Assembly: GCA_051453625.1 (NCBI GenBank)
Contig: JBOZIK010000001.1
Coordinates: forward strand, 13,983,578-14,022,418
Direction of reading: 5' to 3'
Length of the DNA: 38,841 bases
Origin: Welwitschia mirabilis
Lineage: Eukaryota
Of this stretch, positions 25,400 through 37,432 are shown piece by piece; position 1 is the stretch's first letter; each line of letters starts with the position of its first letter. The position numbers were made by a program, and so were the translations under genes. The notes under the pieces were generated by a model that was not told the DNA's origin, did not search any database, and saw only the letters and a program-made list of their open reading frames with translations.

Positions 25400-26861
25400 T
25401 AACTCAATTCAAAAGCTTAAACAACTTGTATCATCAAATCTATTTCTTATCATTCGAACTCCTACTACCACTCCTTCTCATACCAACACTCATGTCACTC
25501 TTAGAGATCTTATAGTGAATAAGAAATGCGAAATCTAAACTCCTTTTGATTTATCTCCTAGTAATGATGTAGAACTCCATAATCTAAATGATTATTCTAC
25601 CTTTAGTAGAGAACCTGATGAATATCCTTTATAATACATTATCGATATAGAAAAACTTGTCCTTATTTACGAAAATAGTAAAAAACAAATAAGTAATAGA
25701 ACTTACATGATCATCTTTCTCATCACTCTGAGAGATAAAGTAAAACTATGGTTTAGAATAATTCCCCACAAATGACTAAAATCTTGGAGTCAAGTTCAAG
25801 AGCCTTTATTAAGAGATTTATGGGTGAAACCACTATCCGAAAGTGTAAGAAATAAGTTACCAACTTTTAGTAAATTCCTAATGAAGATTATGCCTCTGCC
25901 TATAAGAGATTCTTTATTGCTTTACATTTGAACCTTGTATATGCCTTTTCATAGGTAGAACTAGTTGACTATTTTTATAATGAATTAAACATTTATATAA
26001 AGTAACTTATAGATTTTTATTATAGAGGAAACTTATTAAACCAAACCCTAAATGATGCTTAGAAAGTATGGGAAGATTTAATGGAAGTGATTAAAACATG
26101 GTCTAAACCATTACCTAGAGAAAACTAAACCATAGGTCAAATCATTAAAGATCTAAAAGAGATAAGACCTGAAAAGAATGAAATAAGAATAAAAAATTAG
26201 CCAACTAGTATCATTAAGGATTTCACATCTACTTTATAAAAATACACCCAAATGATCATTGATACTAAAGTAGTAAGTGAGAATAGTGAAGTTATAGTTT
26301 CAACCTGTGATTTGTGTGAAGATAGCTACCATGTTATAAAAGATTGTCCCTTGCTTTCTACCTATAAAGACAAAATCTATAAGGAAGTTTATTCCTTTAA
26401 CCAAAGACCTTTGAACTACAATCAAAATTAGAAGCAAAGATAAGTCCAAAATCATAACAATTTTCAACATAAGATGAGTGAATAACCAAACTCTAGAAAT
26501 TTTCAAACACATCATCCTAGCTTTTAACCCTTCAGAAATAGATTTCATAATTCAAACTTTTAAATCAACAATTCAAATAACTTGGCAAGCTCATCTAACT
26601 CCTAGAATCATAGTGATCCTCCTAGAAATTCCACTAAGGAGTTGAGAAAAACATATGAAAAGAAAAACACCAACATAGAAAACCTTGTGATGATTTTATA
26701 ACAAACTATGCTTATCAACCAAATACTATAAGGGTCTCTTACCACTCAACCTTTACCAAAGGTGGTGACAAGAAGTAAAAATAATACAACTCCTTCTAAT
26801 TTTAAGGCTTCAAAATCAAAAAGTAACAAGAATGATGAGGAATAGGACATAGAAATCTTAG
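25400..26861 (+). pseudogene. Athila-type gag remnant (second gypsy element)
   Basis: FLITLRDKVKLWF..LKSWSQVQE (retrotransposon gag FSLRDKAK.W..SW motif), intact knuckle CDLCEDSYHVIKDC (26306-26347), N/Q-rich tract, and GSLTTQPLP..VVTRS. Many stops; ends at an N gap. Start position is approximate. Confidence 0.85.
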
Positions 26862-26961
26862 NNNNNNNNNNNNNNNNNNNNNNNNNNNNNNNNNNNNNNN
26901 NNNNNNNNNNNNNNNNNNNNNNNNNNNNNNNNNNNNNNNNNNNNNNNNNNNNNNNNNNNNN

Positions 26962-28950
26962 TTATTACTATTTGAGATAATTCTTTACTTTATTAGTTGA
27001 AACTTATTATGTTGCAATTATTAATTTAAATATTTTCTTTTCTTGTAACTACTATAATTAATAGTATTATTTTTTAGTCTTCTCTTGTTTAGTTAACGAC
27101 ATACTTTAGTAGCTAAATTAGTAGTTATCTAAATATTATCTCATTTTCTTTTGTAACTATTGCATTTAATGTACCATGATTAATATATTCCCTTATTTTA
27201 TTATTTTCTCTTTTTAGTGCATAAAAAAGATTCTTGTAGTAGCTATAACTATTAAGATGCATAATGTTGGCTTATTTAAATGTTTTATTTTAGTAGTAAA
27301 CCCTAAAGTAACATCCATAATTATGATGTTGCATTTTTTAATTAATAGTTAACATATATTCATTACGATTAATATTTATATGTGGTAAAATATTATCTTG
27401 ATGTTTCTATTGGAATTACTTGCTAAATGTCTCATCTTGATTCTTTTTCTTAATAATGACAAGTAGTGGCATGTTTTTTTAAAAAAAAATTGGCATGTTT
27501 TTCAATGGCTTATTTGAATAAACAGCAATGGTTCTTTGTTTTTTTCAAAAAATAGAAAGATATCATGTGATTAAGATTTATCTTCGTTATACTTATTTTA
27601 GAAAAACATAAAGAACTTGTGGATCTATGTAACTTATGTATTGATGATGGAAGCATCTTTTTCATAACTATTAGTTACTTATTATTGGTAAAAGAGTTTT
27701 GACATCTTGAGCATTCATTATTATCATGATGAAATATTACATATACCCATTAGTAATAAGTGGGTGTTAGGGAATCATAACCATTTTTTCATGAAGAGTC
27801 ATGGCTTGTATGTGCCCATTGAAATTTTCAATATCTTTTGAATTCCTTCATCTCATTATAAATAGGATCTCTTTTCTCCTTAGTTTGATTCTTTTTAAGA
27901 TATTCAAGGTTTGAAATATTGGAGGCTTTTTACCTTAGATCTTTGGAAACNNNNNNNNNNNNNNNNNNNNNNNNNNNNNNNNNNNNNNNNNNNNNNNNNN
28001 NNNNNNNNNNNNNNNNNNNNNNNNNNNNNNNNNNNNNNNNNNNNNNNNNNNNNNNNNNNNNNNNNNNNNNNNNNNNNNNNNNNNNNNNNNNNNNNNNNNN
28101 NNNNNNNNNNNNNNNNNNNNNNNNNNNNNNNNNNNNNNNNNNNNNNNNNNNNNNNNNNNNNNNNNNNNNNNNNNNNNNNNNNNNNNNNNNNNNNNNNNNN
28201 NNNNNNNNNNNNNNNNNNNNNNNNNNNNNNNNNNNNNNNNNNNNNNNNNNNNNNNNNNNNNNNNNNNNNNNNNNNNNNNNNNNNNNNNNNNNNNNNNNNN
28301 NNNNNNNNNGTATGTATCCCTTGAAATTTCAAATATCTTTTGAATTCCTTCATCTCATTATAAATAGGATCTCTTTTCTCCTTAGTTTGATTCTTTTTAA
28401 GATCTTCAAGGTTTGAAATATTGGAGTCCTTTTACCTTAGAGCTTTGGAAACTTTAGAGTGTTTAGAATTTTGGGGTCTTTGGAGCTTGAGCATAGAAAT
28501 TTTAAAGCTTGAAAAACTTTATCATGGGTATGATCCTAGGATATTATCCTAATTCTTGTATGGTCTTACAATGATCTTTATTTCTTATATGGTCCTATAT
28601 ATTTTATAAATATTGTATGATACTATGTATTTCTTAAATCTTGTGTGTTCTATATTTCTTATGCTTTTCTTATATCTTTTATACAGTTCAACTGTTACCT
28701 TCATTTCAAGTATGATTTCATTATCATTTGTATGATCCTATATTCTTGCATCCTTTCACGATCTAAAGAAGTTCTTATTTCCTTATTAAAATCTTATGTT
28801 TTCTTTTGGAATTCTTGTACATTTCTAAAATGTCTTTCTTATCTATTTTGGTTTGAAATCTTTTTGTGATTATCTTTTATATGTTCAAAGATTATTCTCA
28901 TATGAATCTTGTTTTTTGTAAAACTTCTTGATGCTTGAAAGTAAACCTTG
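26962..28950 (+). repeat. Second copy of the 22170-23650 repeat
   Basis: 26962-27470 is near-identical to ~22173-22680; the remainder is colinear but much more diverged. Confidence 0.85.
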
Positions 28951-29003
28951 TCCTTTCTTGAAATATCTTTAAAACTTTAAATCTTCTTATGGAAATGAGA
29001 ATT

Positions 29004-29290
29004 TCATAGATCATTGACTAAGGCAGTTAAATATGGAAACCCATAGATTGCCAAATGAGGCAATGGGATTGATAATCCATAGATCAATGAATGATGTAGT
29101 GGAAACATAAAACCACAAATCGTTGAATGAGGCAGTGGGGATGATAATCCACAAATTCTCAAATGAGGTAGTTGGAATGATAAACCATAGATTGTCAAAT
29201 GAAGTAGTGGTAATGATGATCCATAGATCACCAAATGAGGTAGTGAACAATTAAAAACCACTAATCACCAAATGAGGTAGTGGTAAATTA
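29004..29290. repeat. 36-bp minisatellite, about 8 units
   Basis: Consensus approximately CCATAGATTGCCAAATGAGGTAGTGGGAATGATAAT, with unit starts at 29004, 29041, 29077, 29113, 29149, 29185, 29221 and 29258. Confidence 0.9.
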
Positions 29291-29919
29291 TATTGTGAAG
29301 CCTATTAATCTNNNNNNNNNNNNNNNNNNNNNNNNNNNNNNNNNNNNNNNNNNNNNNNNNNNNNNNNNNNNNNNAATCTATGTTGCATTTTAAGTTCTTC
29401 TTATCTTTATCTTTACCTTAGGTAAGCCGTACTAACGATTGTAATGATTCATGGTTCTTACTCCATATTGTTTTGTGTTAATAGGTGATATATTAGAGCA
29501 TAATAAAAGATGATTTATCTTATCAAGGAGGGGGTATGAAAATGAAATATTTATTATCCAACTTTATCTTCAAAAATGTTAATTAGAGTGTTTTATTCCC
29601 TAATGTAACTTATGATATTGTTATATCTTATAGTTGACTTTTTGTTTTCAAAAATTGGTAGTTATTTACCTATAACAGACTTGTAAACCTTGTACATTTA
29701 AAATATCAAATTTATCTATTTCTTAAGCTTGCAATTTTGGTTTTAATTTAGAGAATATCATAGTTGTAGTTTTACTTAAAANNNNNNNNNNNNNNNNNNN
29801 NNNNNNNNNNNNNNNNNNNNNNNNNNNNNNNNNNNNNNNNNNNNNNNNNNNNNNNNNNNNNNNNNNNNNNNNNNNNNNNNNATATTTATTATTCAACTTT
29901 AGCTTTAAAAATGTTAATT

Positions 29920-30677
29920 AGAGTGTTTTATTCCCTAATGTAACTTGTGATATTATTATATCTTATAGTTAACTTTTTGTTTTCAAAAATTGGTATTTAT
30001 TTATCTATAATAGACTTGTAAACATTGTACATTTAAAATATCAAATTGATCTATTTCTTAAACTTGCAATTTTGGTTTTAATTTAGAGAAGATCATAGTT
30101 GTAGTTTTACTTGAAACTTTATTTTAATAAGTCTATCTAGCATGTGATGTATTCTATTGTGAAATATTCCTTTCTTATAGGGCTTGATATTTTTATGTTC
30201 ATCATTTTATTTAAATCTTTTAGCTAAAAAGTGTGGAATTTACATTTTGATATCATATCATCATATTTTTTTAATCATGATGATTTATAAGTGATGCATA
30301 GTCTTGGTGTTATATATTGAAGACTTTATGCATTAATTTTAAATCATCATAACTAAAAAAATGATGCTATGATATCCAAATGTAAAGTCCACACTCTTTA
30401 GCTAAAGGCTTCAAATAGAATGATGAACATCAAAAGATTGCAACACAACACACCACATGCTAGGTAAACTCATTAAAATAAAGCTTCAAGTAAAGCTACA
30501 ACTATGATCTTATTTCAATTAAAACCAAAGCTACAAGTTTAAGAAATAGATCAATTTGATATCTTAAAGATATAATGTTTACAAGTTTATTATAGATAAA
30601 TGACAACTAATTTGTAGAAACAAAAAGTCAACCATAATATATAATAAGACCACAAGTTTTCTTCGAGAAATAGCACA
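29920..30677. repeat. Long inverted repeat (foldback), ~350-380-bp arms with a ~14-bp spacer centred near 30312
   Basis: ATATCAAATTGATCTATTTCTTAAACTTG pairs with CAAGTTTAAGAAATAGATCAATTTGATAT, GATCATAGTTGTAG with CTACAACTATGATC, and TTTAGCTAAAAAGTGTGG with CCACACTCTTTAGCTAAA. Confidence 0.93.
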
Positions 30678-30851
30678 ATGAATGTCCCCATTTATTAACG
30701 CGAACATCCCTTCTGCGAACCATTGAAAAAATAGTTTTCTTTGAGAGATAGNNNNNNNNNNNNNNNNNNNNNNNNNNNNNNNNNNNNNNNNNNNNNNNNN
30801 NNNNNNNNNNNNNNNNNNNNNNNNNNNNNNNNNNNNNNNNNNNNNNNNNNN

Positions 30852-31588
30852 TGAAATATCAGATTGACATTCATTGAAATCATCATTTAGGATTACTCTT
30901 TAATAGCTATTTCTTCTTTCTCTAAAAAAGTGGTAAAACTTGTTTTGTTAGGGTTACCAATTTTTGTGAACTCAAATATTTAGCATATATAGTTTTATGA
31001 AAAGAACTCAAATCTAATCTTGTGTAATCTATTGGTTATTTTTTATCCTATATTATGTATTCATTCAAAGTATTTCCTACACTATTGCATCTATGCTTTA
31101 GTCACATATCATTATTCTTCTATGCTTCTTATGGTTGCGTTTGAGCCGTTAAAAGACTTCAAATATGAGAGGTTGATGATAAGTCTGGAAAATCATCACT
31201 ATTATGTGTGAGGTTGGTCATAAGCCTAGAAAATCATGATTGATGTGTGTGAGGTTGATGATAAGCCTAGAAAATCATCATTGCTATATATGAGATTGAT
31301 GATAATCCTAAAAAATCATCACTATTATAAGAGGAGTTGGTGATCAGCTAGAAAATCATTAGTTCAAGAGTGATAAGGGAACCAAGAAAGAAGACATCCT
31401 GTCTTTCCTTGAAGATTGGAGTAGGCATGTTGCCAAACCACTATAAATCTTGTGGACTAATCATTTTTCTATTTTGGAATTTTTATTAGATTTAGTTTTT
31501 ACTTGCAAAGTTTATTGATTTCATTTTAAAATCTAGTTTTTGATTTAAAAGTTATCATTTTTCCTATTCATCCCCTATAGGAATTTCA
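30852..31588 (+). repeat. R/U5 portion of the 5' LTR of SIRE element 2
   Basis: GTAGGCATGTTGCCAAACCAC U5 motif and end CCTATTCATCCCCTATAGGAATTTCA, followed by PBS TGGCATTAGAGT (31591-31602). Confidence 0.8.
31169..31362. repeat. 41-bp tandem repeat, 5 units, each with an internal hairpin
   Basis: Units start at 31169, 31210, 31251, 31292 and 31333. Core is GAGGTTGATGATAAGCCTAGAAAATCATCA. Confidence 0.9.
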
Positions 31589-31974
31589 ATTGGCATTAGA
31601 GTAAGATTACTCTTGATAGAGCCTTACCACTCTGAGTGATCTAATGGAACCTATTGCTAATGAAGACCATTTGATCTTAAGGCCACCTTATCTCAATGAG
31701 TTAAACTATTCTTTTTTGAAAACTAAAATGATANNNNNNNNNNNNNNNNNNNNNNNNNNNNNNNNNNNNNNNNNNNNNNNNNNNNNNNNNNNNNNNNNNN
31801 NNNNNNNNNNNNNNNNNNNNNNNNNNNNNNNNNTATGGGCTAATTATTTTTCTAGTTTGTAATTTTTTATAGATATATTTTCATTTGGAAATCTGATTAA
31901 TTTCTTTAAATAATAAATTTTTGAGTTAAATATTTGATTACTATTCCTATTCACCCCTCTCTAGGAATTTCAAT

Positions 31975-31986
31975 TGGTATTAAAGT
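31975..31986 (+). promoter_or_regulatory. Second PBS-Met copy after a duplicated LTR end
   Basis: TATTCACCCCTCTCTAGGAATTTCA-AT-TGGTATTAAAGT. Confidence 0.75.
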
Positions 31987-32027
31987 AAGGTTACTCTTGA
32001 TAGAGCTTCACCACTCTCAGTAATTAA

Positions 32028-33285
32028 ATGGGATCTATCACTAATAAAGGTCATTTAATTTCAAGACCATCTTATCTAAATGGGTTAACTATTCTTTTTG
32101 GAAAATAAAAATGATAATTTTTATAAAATTTCTTAATTTAAATATTTGGGATAGTGTTATGTACAATTACTTTAAACCCACTATTCCATTGGTAGGTTGG
32201 TTTAATGAACAAAAGGAGGAAGTAAGGATCAATGCAAAAGAAATTAGTGCATTTATTTATGTCCTTAGTCTAGAGAAGTTCAACTAAGTATTTTAGTGTT
32301 TCTCTTCAAAGAAAATCTAGGATACCCTCAAGATCACTCATGAAGGTATAAGTATTGTGAAAAATTCCAAGTTACAATTTTTAATAACTCAATTTGAAAG
32401 TATTAAAATCGAAGAAGAGGGATCTATCACTGAATACATGGCCAAGATAATAGACATTATAAATACAATGTAAGGTCTTAGAGAAAAGATTCTAGAACAA
32501 AGAGTTATACAAAAAAATCTTAAGAAGCTTACCCTAGCATTTTAGGGCTAAGATAACTACAATAGAAGAGAGTAAAAATCTAGATTCCATTAGTCTAAAA
32601 GAGCTTAAGGAATCATTGATTGCATATGAAACTACCATTATGGATGATGAGGGACCTAAGACAAATAATATTTCCTTGAAATATTCAAGTTAATGCAATG
32701 AAGGTTCCAACAATGAAGAAGATAATGAGCATTTAGTACTTTTAGCTAGAAATTTCAAAAGATTTCTAGGAAAACATAAAGATCTTAATAGAATAATATT
32801 TGATACCAATGAGGATTAGTTTGAGAAGAAGAATTTTTTTAATAAATTTGGAAGAAACAAGAAACCATTGTAATGCTTTGAATGTAAGGGATTTGGACAC
32901 ACAACAGCCGAATATGCCAACACACAATAGGTTAAAATCAAAGGGAAAAAGCCCTCAAAGTCACTTGGGACAATGAGGAAGAATATGATTCAGAGACATC
33001 TCATGATCACAAAGAGGAGTATAGATTATTAGCCATCACTAATGAGTATGCTTTCATATCAACTACTAAGGATGAACATGCAATCTCTAATAAGAAAGAG
33101 GTAATATTTGAAAATTCTGAAAATATTGAAGAAGCTTATGAAAAATTGTATTTTCTCTTTATAAAGATTTATCTTGTAAAAATAAGGATTTAAGATTTGA
33201 ATTATTGTTTCTATAAACTAAACTTGACTTAATCACTAAAGAATTCAATAAGGCCTCTAAAAGTGTTGCATGTGCAAATAAAATT
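32028..33285 (+). pseudogene. SIRE copia gag remnant
   Basis: RP.YLNG start, KKI*DTLKITHEG..VKNSKLQ.L..QFE, KITTIEESKNL, and zinc knuckle CFECKGFGHTTAEY (32874-32915, last Cys mutated). Confidence 0.9.
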
Positions 33286-33624
33286 NNNNNNNNNNNNNNN
33301 NNNNNNNNNNNNNNNNNNNNNNNNNNNNNNNNNNNNNNNNNNNNNNNNNNNNNNNNNNNNNNNNNNNNNNNNNNNNNNNNNNNNNNNNNNNNNNNNNNNN
33401 NNNNNNNNNNNNNNNNNNNNNNNNNNNNNNNNNNNNNNNNNNNNNNNNNNNNNNNNNNNNNNNNNNNNNNNNNNNNNNNNNNNNNNNNNNNNNNNNNNNN
33501 NNNNNNNNNNNNNNNNNNNNNNNNNNNNNNNNNNNNNNNNNNNNNNNNNNNNNNNNNNNNNNNNNNNNNNNNNNNNNNNNNNNNNNNNNNNNNNNNNNNN
33601 NNNNNNNNNNNNNNNNNNNNNNNN

Positions 33625-34830
33625 CTAAATAGTGGATGTTCAAGACATATGCTAGCTAAAAAGAGACAATTTCATACACTTGTTAACTAGGATAGAGGAG
33701 AGGTTTCTTTTGGTAATAATCGAAAAGCAGTCATCAAGGGAAAAGGTATGGTTTGTGAATATGGGCTTCCAAAAATTGATGATGTTTTGTGATAAAGAGA
33801 ATGTGGTCATTTTTAATAAAAATAACTGTGTGATAAATAATCTGTCTAGCAATAAGAATCTTTTGATTACCCATCATATAGGAAACTTGTATTCTATAGG
33901 AGGTGAGTCTAATGCTAAAGAGTTATGTAGGTTTACTCAAGTAAGTTAAGAACATTTTAGTCATAGAATAATGGGTCTTTCAATAACTTAAAACTTGAAG
34001 ACCATTTCTCAACAAGAGTTGGCTAGAGGTTCATCCAAACTTAGGTTCTCAAACTCTGTCTTATGTACACAATGTCAAATAGGAAACANNNNNNNNNNNN
34101 NNNNNNNNNNNNNNNNNNNNNNNNNNNNNNNNNNNNNNNNNNNNNNNNNNNNNNNNNNNNNNNNNNNNNNNNNNNNNNNNNNNNNNNNACCATTTCTCAA
34201 CAAGAGTTAGCTAGAGGTTCATCCAAACTTAGTTTTTTAAATTCTATCTTATGTGAACAATGTCAAACAGGCAAACTCATAAAGTCTTTTATTAAGTCCA
34301 AGTCTGAGATATCCTTACAAAGGCCTCTAGGATTATTGCACTTAGATTCAGTAGGGCCTAGAAAAGTTCAACATCTAAGTGATAAAAGATATTTTATGTT
34401 TATTAATAACTATATTTGCTTTATAGAGTTTGAATCTTTACTTTTTAAACCTAATTCTTTTAATAAGATTTCTCATTTTTTTATAAAGATTCAAAATAGA
34501 AAGAGCCTTATCATTAAGTGATGTAGGTCTAGTTATAGAAACTTTCAACCTATAAATGATAAACTAACACTTGAATTTGTCGAAGACTATACATANNNNN
34601 NNNNNCTTTTTAGTATTACATTTTAGGGATGGTGTTAATCAATTTAAGTATGTCAAGGAGCACATAAAGATATATCAAATTGATTAAGTGAAAGATATTT
34701 GCATTTTCATCTCCACATCCATAATAATTCAGCTTGATCATGTGTCGATAGATAGACAACTTAGAGACATGTTTACCAAGCTACTTTTAGAAGTGATATT
34801 TGAGCATTCAAGGGTTGAGTTAGACATAGA
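33625..34830 (+). pseudogene. SIRE copia protease, integrase N-half and RNase H end (most of RT missing)
   Basis: LNSGCSRHM, ISQQELARGSSKL.F..LCEQCQTGK, RPLGLLHLDSVGP, and QLRDMFTKLL..FEHSRVEL. Confidence 0.85.
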
Positions 34831-35985
34831 AACATTCCCAATTGAGGTATAATTTTTTTATTAAATTTAATACCAAAATTTATCCATTTTATTAAGTTTT
34901 TTAGTGCATTAATAGAATATTTTTTCCCTTTNNNNNNNNNNNNNNNNNNNNNNNNNNNNNNNNNNNNNNNNNNNNNNNNNNNNNNNNNNNNNNNNNNNNN
35001 NNNNNNNNNNNNNNNNNNNNNNNNNNNNNNNNNNNNNNNNNNNNNNNNNNNNNNNNNNNNNNNNNNNNNNNNNNNNNNNNNNNNNNNNNNNNNNNNNNNN
35101 NNNNNNNNNNNNNNNNNNNNNNNNNNNNNNNNNNNNNNNNNNNNNNNNNNNNNNNNNNNNNNNNNNNNNNNNNNNNNNNNNNNNNNNNNNNNNNNNNNNN
35201 NNNNNNNNNNNNNNNNNNNNNNNNNNNNNNNNNNNNNNNNNNNNNNNNNNNNNNNNNNNNNNNNNNNNNNNNNNNNNNNNNNNNNNNNNNNNNNNNNNNN
35301 NNNNNNNNNNNNNNNNNNNNNNNNNNNNNNNNNNNNNNNNNNNNNNNNNNNNNNNNNNNNNNNNNNNNNNNNNNNNNNNNNNNNNNNNNNNNNNNNNNNN
35401 NNNNNNNNNNNNNNNNNNNNNNNNNNNNNNNNNNNNNNNNNNNNNNNNNNNNNNNNNNNNNNNNNNNNNNNNNNNNNNNNNNNNNNNNNNNNNNNNNNNN
35501 NNNNNNNNNNNNNNNNNNNNNNNNNNNNNNNNNNNNNNNNNNNNNNNNNNNNNNNNNNNNNNNNNNNNNNNNNNNNNNNNNNNNNNNNNNNNNNNNTGCA
35601 ATTTCATTTTTGTTTGTAGTCAAAATTGTCATTTTTCTTCTTATCATAAGACCTCCATATCACTCAAGGGATTCCAACATCTACCTCCTCAGGAGTCTAG
35701 ACATTCACCCACCTGAGAGTGGGTCTCAGAACAAGTGGAGGTCAGATGTCTACCCCTTAAAAGGTCAGACACATGCACACTTGGTGAATGTAAATTCACA
35801 TTTTATTCTGTTGAAACCCTTCTTGGTCATTCACCTCTATAAATTTGATCATCCCTCCTTTCTTTTATCTCATCCTGTTACTTTTTAGTGGTCTAGTCCT
35901 TACAAGTAAGTATTCCTTTCTTCTTGGTATTTTTCCTTTTTTCTTTTTTAGTATCTTGTTTCTTTCCTTCTTCTTTGTTTTCACT

Positions 35986-36935
35986 ATGCTAAGTAGAAAA
36001 TCCCTGTTTCAAGAAAATACAAAGTTAAATAAAAGAAATCAAAGCCTATTTTTATGACTCCTAGGAAAAAGACAATGTCGAATCAAGGCTTTAATAAGAA
36101 GCCTCTTGCTCTAGATAGGGTTATTTTACAAGATACTTTTATACATTATTTCAATCTCCTACCCAGTTTGGAAGAGTTAAGTAGGACTTATATTCTAAAC
36201 ATTCATACACATGCTTTGGTAATTTTTCTTCATATGTTTTACTGTAATGGTTCCTTTTAGTAGGAGTAAAACCAATTTATTTCAAATCTATATGGTATTA
36301 AGATTAAGATTAATCTTGAAATGATTTCTAATGCTACTGGCTTTCCATTAGACTATGTAGACTATGTGCATGTCTCTTCAGTTTTAGTTTTGGATAGTTT
36401 AGTTTCTAGAAATAACCTCCATGAAGTATTATGTGAAAGATATGAGGAATGGTAAACTACCATTTCCACTTAGTTTTTAAATCCAATTTTCAAGGTACTC
36501 TTTCACATTATCTCTAGTAATCTGATTCCCAAGCTTAGCCACATGAATGAAGTGTCTCCTCTGTGTGCTTATGTTATTTATTACTATGATCAAAGATTTC
36601 AACTCAACTTACTGTAACTAATTCTTTAAAACATGGCTTCCTATACATCTATAGATTTAGCAACACTGCCATATGAAGGCCTTATCACTAAGACGCATCA
36701 TAACTAAGTAGCTCTACTAAATGTCAAAGATGAAATTTTAAAACTGCTAAAGCCATTTAATAAGTCCTCTCTTATCTGGATGAGAATTATGAAAGGCACA
36801 GCTCTTGCAATCCTAGCTTCTTCTCCTTTTAAGTAACTCAAGTGCATGTAACCTAGTGAGTCCTCAAGGGGTACCTCCTCAACCAACAAGTGGCTCAAAT
36901 GGATCTCATCTCAGTTATCTAAGATAAAGAAATCT
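35986..36935 (+). pseudogene. Post-pol extra ORF ('env-like') remnant, copy A
   Basis: Downstream of RNase H. Contains MFYCN..., PIFKVLFHIISSNLIPK..EVSPLCAYVIY and LPYEGLIT. Several stops. Confidence 0.7.
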
Positions 36936-37432
36936 GTTGCGGTGCGAATTTATGCAATCGTGAAGTCCTTAGGTAAACCTGTAAATGATATAACTTGCAA
37001 AAAGACACATGCTAGTATAGATGAGAGTTCACCCTAATGTTGTAATCCCAACGAAGGCACTAGGCTCAGAGTTAGAAAATTGATTTCCAAAGGTAGTTAT
37101 GGTATTTTATCTTTTACTAACTGAAAGTAAATAACAAAGTAAATGCAATGCAAGATTAATNNNNNNNNNNNNNNNNNNNNNNNNNNNNNNNNNNNNNNNN
37201 NNNNNNNNNNNNNNNNNNNNNNNNNNNNNNNNNNNNNNNNNNNNNNNNNNNNNNNNNNNNAAACCCTTCTTGGTCATTTACCTCTATAAATTTGATCATT
37301 CCTCCTTTATTTTGTTTCATCTTATCACTTTCCAGTGGTCCAGTTCTTAGAAGTAAGTATTCCTTTCTTCTTGGTATTTTTCCTTTATTCTTTTTTAGTA
37401 GCATATTTCTTTCCTTCTTCTTCATTTTTACT

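Noticed and set aside
29004..29261. 12-aa repeat proteins (ORFs 29004-29261 and 29011-29250)
   Set aside because: By-product of a 36-bp minisatellite that is open in several frames, with no other coding evidence.
31169..31362. CRISPR-like repeat-spacer array
   Set aside because: Eukaryotic LTR context, short related linkers of about 11 bp, degenerate repeats and no cas genes.
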